From Cycas panzhihuaensis (Eukaryota; Plantae; Cycadophyta): a stretch of DNA of 64,000 nt. The stretch lies in contig CM041465.1 in assembly GCA_023213395.1 (NCBI GenBank), forward strand, positions 19,592,001 through 19,656,000. The letters are read 5' to 3'. A program made the position numbers and the translations under genes. How positions within the stretch are numbered: the first letter of the stretch is position 1; each line of letters opens with the position of its first letter. The notes under the pieces were generated by a model. The model was not told the DNA's origin. It was given only the letters and a program-made list of their open reading frames with translations, and ran no database searches. Of this stretch, positions 13,364 to 26,194 are shown piece by piece.

Positions 13364-14149
13364 TGTTGAGAAGACAAGGTCCCAACCCTTAAACTGCCAC
13401 CAAGATCTAAACTATTTTTGCAACTAGTTACTGGAATCAAAACTAAAATTTAACAAGCAAGTTCTTAAACTAGAGATAAAACAATAAAATGAATATGAAA
13501 GCCAAGCATCACATATACACCTGATATAACGTGGTAAAACCCTAACAGTGTGCTAGGGAAACATCCACATAAGAAAGATATCGATCTTTATTATCAAGAA
13601 TGGAGAAAATGTACGCAATCTGTAGCAGAGTGCTCACAGCAATAATAACTAGCCACCTAACTCCTCATAGTACATTGAACACTATCAACATAATGAAAAA
13701 TACCCTAAATCGAGCTACATGAGAGAGTCATACAAGCCATAAATCTCGACCATAAAATCTAGGGTATTTTGAGTGAATGCTCCTGATTCTCTTTACAATT
13801 TAATATACTTTCCAGTGGAAAGTATATTATGGGCCCATGAAAGGTACCAAGTAAATTATGCGTAGATTGATAAAAGTAAATGTTCAAAGTTAGACCCAAA
13901 ATCCAAGAGATGTATTTTTGTTGGTTATGATAATAAAGATGGTGTGAAGGGATACAGGTTGTGGGAGAGTATATTAAATGATAGTACTTTCCAGTGCTCT
14001 CTATACATGTTCCAAACCCCTTGCACCCACCTAGCCAAGCGGGGCTCCCACCCCCTTTGGAACCCCCCGAGGAAGATTTGGGAGGAAAACCGTAGTGCCA
14101 ACCTGTCAAAATTTTAGCCTCCAAACCATTGTTGTCACATTGCCTAACA
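13364..14149 (-). repeat. 3' LTR of copia A (786 bp, contains insertion)
   Basis: Aligns with 18171-18752 apart from an insertion at 13818-13984 and a divergent block. Confidence 0.95.
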
Positions 14150-14197
14150 GTCTCCACCTTGACAACAATTTACTTAGTACCTTTCATGGGCCCTTCA

Positions 14198-17100
14198 TCA
14201 CCTTTTCTGTAAGCTAAGAGAAGTTAAATACCATTTGAACTTCTCTAATAGTATTAGTTTTATGAACATATCAGCACGATTCTACTTTGTGTTAACCTTC
14301 TCAAGTGCCACTCCACCTACTTCCACAACCTGTCTAACAAAATGATACTTAAGAGTAATATGCTTTATCCTACTATGATAAGTTGGATTCCAGGCCAAGT
14401 AAATGGCACTTTAACTATCACAAAATACCTTTACCTTTTTCTGTTTCCTTCCAAGCTCAACCAATAGACCCTATAACCAAATTACTTCTTTACAAGCATG
14501 TGCATATTTAGCTTCTATAGTCAATAATACAATTGTGCTCTATAATTTTGACATCCAACTAACTCGACCATTTGCAAGAGTGAATACATAACTTGAAGTA
14601 GACCTTCTCTTATCTAAATCTCCTACAAAGTCTGAATCAACATATCCATAAACCTGATTATCTGTACCTCTAAAGGTGATGTAATAGTCACTTGTGCCTC
14701 TAAAATACTTAAGCACCCATTTCACTGCTACCTAATGTTCCTTTCCTGGATTTGCCATAAACCTGTTAACTATACTAACTGCATGTGAAATGTTAAGTCT
14801 TGTACATACTATGGTATACATCAAACTTCCTACTACATTGGCATAAGGCACATGAGACATATAATCCTTTTCTTCTTCATTACTAGGACTCATACTTGAA
14901 GAAAGCTTGAAATGGGAAGCCAATGGGATACTCATCGATTTCACATTTTCCATACCAAACCTAGTTAGCACCTTCTCTACATATTTCTACTGTGATAACT
15001 ATAACTTACCATTTTTCTTGTCTCTATGTATCTCCATACCTAAGATTTGTTTTACAGATCCTAGATCCTTCATATTAAAAGTCCTAGCCAATTGAGCCTT
15101 TAACTTATTGATTTCTTCCATGCTCTTGCTTGCAACCAACATGTCATCAACATATAATACCAAGATAATAAATAAGCCATTGTCCATGAATTTAAAGTAA
15201 ACACAATGATCATACTCACTTCTTTTGAAATTTTGGCTCTTTATGAAGGCATCAAACTTCTTGTACCATTGCCTGGGTGATTGCTTTAGGCCATACAATG
15301 ATTTCCTAAGCCTGCAAACAAGTCTTTTTTTTCCATCCTATACAAACCCTTCTTATTGATCCCTATAGATCTCCTCATCTAAATCTCCATGTAGAAAAGC
15401 TATTTTTATATCTAACTACTCCAACTCCAAATCAAAAGAAGTTACTAATGCTAATAGCACTCGAATTGAAATAAGTTTGACAATTGGTGAAAAGATCTCA
15501 TGAAAGTCAATACCTGCTTTCTATGCAAAGACTTTAGCCACCAGTCTTGCCCTGTATTTATCAACCTTTCCATTAACATCTATTTTCATCTTAAAAACCC
15601 ATCTGCAACCAACAGTCTTCCTACCATATGGAAGTTCTGCCAAGTCCCATGAATTATTTTTCTTCAAAGCATCTATCTCTTCTTGTATAGCCCTCTTCCA
15701 CTTCTCACTATGGATATCATCTACAACTTCTTGATAACATATAGGCTCACCATCATTAGAAACTAAAGCAATAGAAATAGAAGGGTTATACCTGTCAGGT
15801 GGATGACTAACTCAAGTAGATCTTTAAATGTTGGTAGAGGAGTGTCCACATACTCCTGTAAATCTGTTGTAGATTCATCTTCAGAAAAATTTTCCTGCTC
15901 TTCTAATTCTAAAGATGGCTGGGTTTTAAACTTGACTTGTTGATGTTCAACTTTCTGCTCATGTTTCACTTCAACTTCTACACTCTCTGGTTTTAGAAGG
16001 GGAGATTCATCAAATACAACATCTTTGTTAATGGTGATTTTGTGGATAGTAGGATCCCACAACCTATATCCCTTCACACCATCGTTATTACCATAACCAA
16101 CAAAAATACATCTCTTGGATTTTGGGTCTAACTTTGAATGTTTACTTTTATAAATCTAGGCATAAGCATTACAACCAAAAACTTTTAAATTTGAATAGTC
16201 ACATGAATTTCTAGTCCATACCTCTTCAAGAATCTTGCAATCTATTGCAAGTGATGGTGACCTGTTTACCAAATAGCAAGTTGTTTAAACAGCTTCTGCC
16301 CACAAGCCCTACTCTACACTAGTATTACTTAGCATGCTTCTTGCTCTTTCTAAGAGTGTCCTATTCATGCACTCAGCAATGCTATTCTATTGTAAAGTAT
16401 AACTAGTGGTCTTGTGCCTTTCAATCCTAGCTTCTCTGTAATAATTCTTAAACTCCAAGGAGTTGAACTCACCTCCATTGTCAGTTCTTAAAGATTTAAT
16501 TGGCTTGCCAGTGCTCTTCTTAACTAGAGCCTTGAACTGCTTAAACACACTAAAAACTTTAGATTTCCTTTTCAAAAGATAGACCTATACCTTTTGGAGT
16601 AATCATCTATAAATGTGACAAAGTACAATGATCCTCTATAAGATATTGTATGGGTTGATCCCTACACATTTGAATGTATGTAATCCAAAACACCTTTACT
16701 AGTGTGACTCCCTACTTTAAACCTAAGTCTACACTGCTTTCTAAAAATGCAATGTTTGTTAAAAGCCAAATCTGAAAGTTGTAAGTTAGGAAGTAACTTA
16801 CAGTTTATCAACACCTTAAGTCCTCTCTCACTCATGTGCCCAAGTCTCTGATGCCATAATTGAGCTGGATCTTTTGCAATCTTTGATATTGTAGCTGCAT
16901 GACTGACATCTATACTTCCCACTAAAATGTAAAGGTTTCCTTTTTTTAAGGCTTTCATAACAACTAAGGCACCCTTTGACACCTTTAAGACTCCTTCATG
17001 ACCTATATGCTTATAACCACTTGAATCTAGTTCACCCAAGGAAATCAGATTCCTTTTCAGATTAGGTACGTGTCTAACCTCAGTTAATGTTCTCACTATA

Positions 17101-18098
17101 CCATCGAACATCTTAATTATGATGCTACCAATGCTTATTATCTTATAAGAAACTCCATTTCCCATAAGCACATCACCACCATCAAGATATTGGTACAATG
17201 AGAACCAACTTTTGTGTGGGCACATGTGGTGTGAAGCACCTAAATCTAATAACCAGTCATGGTGATAATGGGAAACATTATAAGAAACCAAGACATCATC
17301 ATATGTGCCTTGATTTGACTCCACCTAATTAGCCTCCTTAGTAGGATCTTCCTTTTTCTAGAACTCCTTCCTTTTGTAACAATCCTTCTTATTATAGTGT
17401 CAATATCTAAGCTTACTCTTCTTGCCTTTGGACTTTGACCTTGATGTATCCCTGGAGATTTATCCTCTCTTAAATGTTCTATCCCTTGTTGTCATAGATT
17501 TTGGTATGGAGGTTTCAAGACTAGACTTCCTCCTCACTCCTTCCATCAACAAAGAACTCATAATAGAATCATATTCTAATTCATTTGTAGTGCTAAAACT
17601 AATTGAGGTGATAATATTATCCTAGGATTTTGGTAATGAATATAATAAGGTAACAACCTTGTCCTCATCATCAATTTTGACATCGATACTAGCCAACTGA
17701 CAAATAAGAGTATTTAAAATATTTAAATGGTCAGTAATTTTTGTACCTTCCTTCATTTGTAATGAGTATAGTTTCCTCTTCAAGTAGATTTGATTTGTCA
17801 CTAATTTGGTCATATACAGGCCTTCCAACTGGGTCCATAATCCTACTGTTGTCTACTCCCCTACGATGTTAAATAAAACTTAATTTCCCAAACACAATTA
17901 TATTGTGCTAAGAGCCTTTTTATCTAGATCATCCTAATCGTCATCGTCCATCCCTGTAGGTTTCTTTATTTTGCCTGCAAGAGCTCTGTACAAACCTTGT
18001 TATATAAGAACATCATATGCTTTCAACTTCCATAACTCTAAGTTATTCTTGGCATTGAATTTCTCTCCCTCAAACTTTGCCCTTGCTGGTTTCGACAT
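14198..18098 (-). pseudogene. copia A gag-pol polyprotein, many stops/frameshifts
   Basis: ATG at 18098 (MSKPARAKFEGEKFN..). ORF fragments: LYMTKLVTNQIYLKRKLYSLQM (gag), WLLDLGASHHMC (protease), LWHQRLGHMS (GAG-pre-integrase), LRTDNGGEF (IN), LYVDDML (RT), GYVDSDFVGDLDKRRSTS (RNase H). Confidence 0.93.
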
Positions 18099-18170
18099 TT
18101 GGTGTAAAAAAAGTCGACACTAAAACCTTCACAAATTCACTACAAAAATAAAAATGGCTCTGATACCACT

Positions 18171-18752
18171 TGTTGATAAGACAAGGTCCCAACCCTTAAA
18201 CCGCCGCCAAGATCTAAACTATTCTTGTAACTAGTTATAGGAATCGAAACTAAAATTTAACATGCAAGTTCTTAAACCTAAGATAAAACAATAAAATAAA
18301 TAAGAAAGCTAAGCATCACATATACACCTGATATAACATGGTAAAACCCTAAAAATGTGCTAGGAAAACATCCACACAAGAAAGGTATCGAACTTTATTA
18401 TTAGGAATGGAGAAAATGTACACAATCTATAGAAGAGTGCTCAGAGTAACAACAACCAGCCGCTCAACTCCTCATAGTACATTGAACACTATTAACATAA
18501 TGAAAAATACCCTAAATCTAGCTACATGAGAGAGCCAGGGTATTTTGAGCGAACGACCTTGATTCTCTTTATAATTTAATATACTTTCCAGTGCTAGCTT
18601 TTTGGGTCGGGGACTATCACCCCCAAACCCCCTCTTTGCGAGGCTGCCCACAACCCACACCCCTTGAACCCGAGGAAGGTTTGGGGGGGAAACCACATTG
18701 CCAACCTATCAAAATTTTAGCCTCCAAACCATTATTGTCACATTACCTAACA
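18171..18752 (-). repeat. 5' LTR of copia A (582 bp)
   Basis: tgttgataagacaaggtccc...cacattacctaaca, adjacent to the PBS. Confidence 0.95.
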
Positions 18753-20755
18753 ATAATTAAGTGAAATATACATGTACCATACCTACTAATTCCATAATTA
18801 AATGAGCAGTAATCCTACCATACTTAAGAGAAACCTAGTTGAAAAGTAAGAAACATATCCAACTAAACCTATAATAATCACCAAACAACCATGTAAATGC
18901 ACTAGCAAGACAAATCTATATGATACATTAAAACTACTCAAATCATAAATTCTATAAAAATTTTGGTAACATTTTTTGCATAAACTAAAGATAATCCCAA
19001 CAAGGTATCAAGTGTGATCCACTTGACAATGTTGTATGACAAGGAAAAGCATAATCTGAAATCAATTTAGGCATAAACAACTCTTTGAAACTTTGGCAAC
19101 TTCAAAGGATGTACCTAAAGTGTCTTTAAGAAAGTTTTATAAATTCCATATTAAATATTATGAGAAAGGAGCTAGCATATCATGAGATCATTAAGAGAGC
19201 CATGATAGCCAAAATAACTATAGAAGGAAATACTAAATGTGAAATATAAGAGCACAACTAAAAGAACTTGCAAATCAAGTAATAAACCTCTCACATTATA
19301 ATGATCAAATAGTAATAAACTCTCCAAATTACCTAAGCCAAATCTATAATAAACTATTAAAAGTATCTAGCTATAATCAATCATGTCATAAACCTAGAAT
19401 AACATATAAAATTTGGCTCAAATAGATGAAATAAAGCTCATGAAATCATAAAGATTAAGCCATAAAACTAAAACCGCAAAATGAGAAACATAAAAACCTT
19501 AGATAAATGGAAAAGTAGCAACTCAATGGGAATGACCTTGGAAACTCTTATAGAACTAAAAAACTTGAAGAAGAATGTTATATCTTTCTAATGGCTAAGC
19601 TTTAGTAGAATTTTGAGGTGTGTAGATAGGGTTTTCGATATTTCCAAAATGATATATATGCTAGAGTTTCTAAGTGATTAAGAAAATATTATGAAACTTG
19701 GAAGGTGTAAAAGTAAGCAAAAATAATTATAAATACTGTGAATGAAAGGGGGGACATGTCAAAAAGGCATCTAATAATGTGTGTGTTAGGTATGAAGTAG
19801 ATCTAATAATCATAGATCCACTTACCAATGTTTCCAATCAAGGTGCTAATTAGGATTTATAATTGAATCTAATGAATAACACAAATTATGTTAAGTATAA
19901 AAGATTAATTTATTTGCTTGATCAATCACATTTTTAGGGTCGATATTCTTCTACAAGTAGGGATAAATGTATATGTACCAAGTATCAAATTTCTAGAGTT
20001 AACTATAACTGTAATATAGTGTTTTTGATGTTGTTGTTAAGGTGCAAAATTGGGGTTTTAGTTTGCAATATAAGACGTGAATAATTTATTCAAAAATAAA
20101 GTCCAAGCTTTTGCAACTTCTAACCATTTAAAAGAAAATAAAATTAGAGATGCTTCAAATACTTAGATGTCTCAAGTCTTACCAATCAATGTGTGCACTC
20201 CACTTATAGAAAATCAAGCTACTTCTATTCTATCCACCATTTTTTAGCATAACTAAAATAGATCAACCCTAAAGGATGATGATAGATTAAGCAAAGTCTA
20301 AGGTTACTATGTTATATTAACATTAGAAGTAGTTCCTTTCAAATCTAAGGTATATTTACTCTTGGTTAAAGAAGTGATAAATCCTTATAACTTTCTTCAC
20401 TTTCTTAGTGTTCATTTGTCAACTAATAAGTTGAATGATAACCAAGTTACTAGAACAAGAAGGGTTAATATAGCTTTCTCAAATAGAAGAAGAGAGTATT
20501 TGGTTGTTATGGAAATGATACATGTATTGGGCTTATAAATAATTGATCCATACTTTGTCTACGATTCTTCTTAAACTTGTCTTCTTTGATCTCTTAGACC
20601 TGTTCTTAGCCAACTTATTTTAGATATCAAACAAAGAATAGGAATAAAAATTACAATTTAAAACTCTTTATTCCACTACTCTACATCTCTCACTTTTATT
20701 TTGCCTTTTCATCTCTTTAGGCACCCAAAAATAAGGCCCTTTTAATATCAATAAG

Positions 20756-21118
20756 TGTTCAAGAACATGAAATCATATAGGTATTTTCCCATCCATAGAA
20801 TCTTTAACCATACATAGTAAGTAAACAAAAATTCATACAGAATACAAATATACAATACATAAAATTTACGTGGGAAAACCCTTTTAAGAAAAAAGCCCAC
20901 CGCAAAAGATCCTTCTAGATCATATTGATTATTCCACAATGATTTGATACAAGACATATTAAATACATAAAGGCTCAAGGATTTTATACCTTTTCTAAGA
21001 GGTGTTACCCAATTAGGGTTGTAACCTTTTGAATTCTTCATACCTTTTCCTTATTTACTATTAGTTAAACCACATCAACATTAACTTAGTGGCTTAACAA
21101 ACAAGTGCCATGTTAACA
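20756..21118 (-). repeat. 3' LTR of copia B
   Basis: tgttcaagaacatgaaatc...ccatgttaaca, colinear with 31531-31891 with many transitions. Confidence 0.93.
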
Positions 21119-21199
21119 TCCCCTCTTAATATGAATGTGGGGAGCCTGCAACCTGCAATAGTTGTGTTATCATGAAAGCTAGAACTATCCTATAACTTC

Positions 21200-24100
21200 T
21201 TTATCCTTTTCAATACATCCCCCCTTAAGGATAACATCGGTGAGTCTGGAACGCATCTTTGTAAATTGATCTTCAATAAGTGGCTTGATAAACACGTCTA
21301 TAAGCTAAAATTTACTTGGATAGTAGTTGACCTATAGCTTCTATAACTTGATCTGTTCATGGATGTAATGGTGTTAAATCTTAATATGCTTCATATATGT
21401 ATGAAACTCTAGATTCTTTAATAGACAAATGGTACTCTGATTATCAATGAAGATAATCAAATGTCCATTGGAAACTCCAAGAGACTCTAAGAAACCTTGC
21501 AACCATATAGCTTCCTTCGCACCAACACTTAGTCCTTGATATTCTACCTCTATAAAAGATAACACTACTATTTGTTTCTTCTTTGTCTACCATAAAATAA
21601 ATCTATTACTAACACTAAGAATGTATCCAATAGTGGACTTTCCATTATCAAAGTCTCCTCCCCAATCAGTATCCATGTATTCATGTAAATTTTTCTCCTC
21701 TTCTTGATAATATTCAAGACCAAGATTGATTATCCCCTTCAAGTATTTTTGAATTTGATTTGTTGCAACCTAATAAGGCTCTTGAGGATTCTGCATGTAG
21801 TGGGAAACCAATCCAATAGAATAGGTAATATTTGGTCTGGTATGAGTTAAGTAGATCAAACTCCCCACCAACTAGTAATACTTCATTCCATCTATAGAGG
21901 ATTTGGGCATATCCTTCTGCAATCTTATACTCTTAATATATGATGTTATAATATATTTATAATTCTGCATCTCAAACTTCTCCAGTAGGTTTTTCACATA
22001 CTATGACTACAACAACATGATTTGATCATCCATCTGCTATCTGAATGCCCAAGAAATAGTGAAGTCTCTCGAGGTCTGTCATATAAAAAGAAGCTCCTAA
22101 ATTAGACTTGACTTTTGCTATAGTCTTGCCACAATTATCACTAATGATTAAATCATCTACATACACAACACAAGCAACTATTGAAGTCCCTCTACTTTTT
22201 ACATACAAATTTGGGTTGAATTTTGAAATCTTGAAACCTTCAACTTTCAACTTGGCATCTATTTTCTCATACCAGGCACTAGGTGCTTATTTTAGGCCAT
22301 AGATTGACTTCTTTAATTGGTAAACAAGATGCTCTTGGCCTTCTTTAATGAATTCCAGAGGTTACGACATGTGAAACTCCTTAGATCTCTATTAAGGAAT
22401 GTGGACTTAACATCCATTTGGTATAACTCCCAATCATAAGTAGTTGCTAAGGAAATGATCAATCAAACCATTTCATTCTAAAGACTGGTGCAAATATCTC
22501 CCCATAGCTAATTCCTTCTTTTTGCTTAAATACTTAAGTGACAAGTTTAGACTTGTACTTATCCACCTCTCCATCAAAGAAAAACTTTATCTTATAAACC
22601 CACTTACATCCAATATGGTTTTTCATCAAAGGTAGAAAAACCAGATCCCAAGTATCATTCTTCATCAGTAAACCATACTCTTCCTCCATCGTAGCTCTCC
22701 AACGTGGATCTCCTTTTGCCTCATAAAATGAATCAGGATCACTGGAGTTATTGGTGTTTACCAGTAGAGTTCAACTAGCATATTGACTTCTTATTCTTTT
22801 ATCATTAGTTAGGGTTTACATCGTTATACCAAAATCTTTAATAGTCTTCCTTGCCTATAAAGGTATAGAAGGACCCGTTGCTAGAGGTACTTCTTCTTGC
22901 GACTGCTCCTCATGATTACATATCCCACTTGGTCTTGCTTCCTCAAGTCTTCCAATGATTATCTCATCATCCTCTTCACTTGATGAATCTAAGAATGGGA
23001 GAAACGAGGGGTAAAAAGGCTCCTCTGATGATCTTTCAACATGATATATTAATGACTCATCAAATTTTAGATCCCAACTAACCACAATCTTCTTCCCTTA
23101 TGGATCCCATTATTTGTAAGCTTTATTTTGATCACAATATCCCATGAATATATACTTCAGACTCTTTTGATTTAACTTCTTATGAGTATCATCTAGGATG
23201 TAGGTGTATACAATATATCTAAAGGTTCTTAAATGGCTAATGACATGCTTTTGACTCGTGCATTTTCCTTTAGGGGTCATGCTATGAATTGCTTGAGTGG
23301 ACACCTAATTCAAAATATACATAATAATCACCACAGCTTCTACCTAAAACATCGGTGGTAAGTTTTTAGCATGTACCATACACCTTGCCATCTCTATTAT
23401 GGTACAATTCTTTCATTCAATAACTCCATTTTATTGTGGGGTATATGAGACTATAAATTTCTACTTTATACCATGATCACAGAAGAATTGATTAAATACA
23501 TGGTTGTTGTATTCCTTGCCATTATCACTTCTTAATGATTTAATCTTCTTATCATTTTCCACCATCACTTTCCAGTCAAAAAAGTGATCAAACACATCTA
23601 ACTTATTTTTGAGAAAGTAAACATAGGCCTTCCTGGTATAATCATCTATAAACATAAGGGTGTAACAAGCTCCTGATATCGAAGGATTTAGGAGAGGCTC
23701 CATTATATTTGAATGTATAAGGTCCAACTTCTCCTTAGCTCTAGGTATTCTCCTGAGCAAAAGGATAACAATGATGCTTGCCATATATATACCCTTCATA
23801 AACACCATCTGAGCAAAAATTTGATGGCAATCCTCCCACCATCTTCAACCTCTTCAGAAGTGTAATACTTCTATAATTAAGGTGTCTTAGGTAATTATGC
23901 CAAAATTTACTCATGTCATCAATGCTGGCAACAAAGACATAAGACTTCTTTTGAGATCAAAATTTCTTAAATACTTAGAAGTTATCCCTAATGTTTCTAG
24001 TAGCAATGATAGAGAAATTTTACTTTAGATCCTTAATCAGGCATCTATCATTGTAAAGGTCCACCTTCATACTTTATTTGTAGATTTCCTAGGCTAAAAG

Positions 24101-25165
24101 AAGGTTTAACTACATCTTAGGTATATAGTATACCCCGGTAAACTTACCACCTGCAATGGATACTTCGTTAATGCCTTCTATTAGTAAAATGTGAACATCT
24201 CCAAGGATAATTTTGGCACCACTATGATTTTCATTTACCGTATCAAAATTGCACTTTTAGTAAGAGATATTCTTCTATGGTCCAGAGTTAAGAATCCAAT
24301 AATCTCTTTAATCTGACTCAGCTGATAAGGTTTTTGCTCAAATGTAGTATAAAACAATGCTCTTTCCTTTGTCATCTTAGCTTACTTTATGGTTGCCATG
24401 CCTCGTGAATTGATAGTTTTTCTCTCTATGACCCTTTTTTTTTATAGTAGTTGTATTTTCCATTGAATTTCTTCTTTTCCCAAGAACTTTCTATAGACCT
24501 TTGTGTGAACTTCTTCTCTTGAGTGGCCTCTATCCTATGAGTCTTCATGGCTAAGGGTTGACTTGATTCAAAACCTCTAAGCATACCATGATGTTTCAAC
24601 TTGGCATCCTCTGCTAGAATAAGGTTTTTAAGACTATCAGAAATTTCTGCCTCCATCACCTCATCTCTACCATATATATGGTCTGAAAAGTGGCAAAGGT
24701 AGTAGGTAGCTTTAACATGATTATCACAAATAACAATGCATCATTGATCAAATTTTTCTTTAGTTCTTCTAGGTTATTCTTTAAGTCTATAATCTTGTTT
24801 AGGTAGAAATTGATATTATTCTCATCTTTCACATGTAAATTGAGTAACTCCAACATCAGGGGAAGATGTCTATTCATCTTCTTTTTCTCAAAAACATCAC
24901 ATAGTTTTTTCTAAATTTCATTTAGTTCTTCAAGATTATGAACCAAGGCTCTCTAGTTTGGGGCTAGTGATAGTTTCAACAATCCCACAGCCATAAACTT
25001 CTTCTCTTTAAGTCAAACTTTCTCTTTATGATCCAATGGAATCGCATCCACCTTTGCCTTAGTGATAACCCATAGTTGATTCACCATTAATATTAGCTCT
25101 ATGTTGGCCTTCCACTCATTGAAATTGTTACTATTAAAGATAAACTTCAGTATTATGCACTACAT
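21200..25165 (-). pseudogene. copia B gag-pol remnant, copy 1
   Basis: gag FNSNNFNEWKANIELILMVNQLW near 25060-25150, then IN/RT/RH fragments. Ends approximate. Confidence 0.85.
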
Positions 25166-26194
25166 CTTAAGAAATAGGCTTCAACACAAGTCAAACGTCA
25201 CCAAATGATTGTCTAATAGACCTTTTAGGCAAAAAACACCACTATGGTCTCCTCTTGGTCAGACACACACATTGTAGAAGCCCAAAACACTAACTATGCA
25301 TGCTCTAGGTAGCTCACCAACTATTCTCTCCTCATAAATAACCTTAAATATACTCAAAAAATCTCAAAATCAACTCTTAAGATACTTAATAATGTACTTC
25401 AAGAACTAAGGAAATCTTCTCACAGCAGTAAGGCATGGTCTCCAAGTTAAAAAAACAAATAATTATCCTTAAACAACCCTTAAAATAACTTGAGAACACT
25501 TTAAATATCTCAAAATACTTCACAATATGTAAGATATCATATCTTAATGGTCTTAAAGGGTCCTTTTATGATGCTATATTAGAACGAAAATGCCAAAAGA
25601 CATATTCCAAGAGTAGTGACTTTTTATAAGCCCTCGTCCATTTTTACTAAATGCATATATTAAATGGATTAAATAACATGTGCTTTAATATAATAAGGTT
25701 TCAAAGGTTTATTTTTGTTTGATACAACCTTTAAAATTTCCCACTATATAAAATAGTAAGGGATGACTATGGGACAACAGGAGACAATCGTATGCACCAA
25801 CGTGGGTCACATGGCTATAAATATGGTATTTTTAGTGGTAAGATTCCTCTAAGAACAACCCATCCACATTAAAATCTACCTAGCCAGCTCTATGGTGATT
25901 CTAACATGCCTATTTCACACATATAGTTAGGAAATAAAGATGCAAACTTAATCAAGGGCACCATAATTCAATGAAACATCTTCTAATGTTAAGAATACCA
26001 TATATTATTGTTATACAAGTAGTCTAGCACTTATATATAGATAGAAAACCACCAATATAAGGCTCTAATCATGTCCATAGGTGCAAAAAGAAGATTTGAT
26101 AGTAAAGAAGAGTAGAACAGGCCTATTTTCATTGAATTTTATGAGGTTTTATAGTTGTGTTATCATGAAAGCTAGAACTATCCTATAACTTCTT

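Larger units (their letters stand above)
13364..18752 (-). mobile_element. Full-length Ty1/copia LTR retrotransposon A (Tnt1/Tork-like), decayed
   Basis: TG...CA LTRs at 13364-14149 and 18171-18752. TSD ATAAT at 13359-13363 and 18753-18757. iMet PBS (revcomp gctctgatacca) at 18157-18168. PPT near 14150-14162. Domain order gag-PR-IN-RT-RH. Confidence 0.97.

Noticed and set aside
13759-14157. 132-aa ORF on the - strand
   Set aside because: Lies within the LTR and runs across the filler insertion; not conserved in the other LTR.
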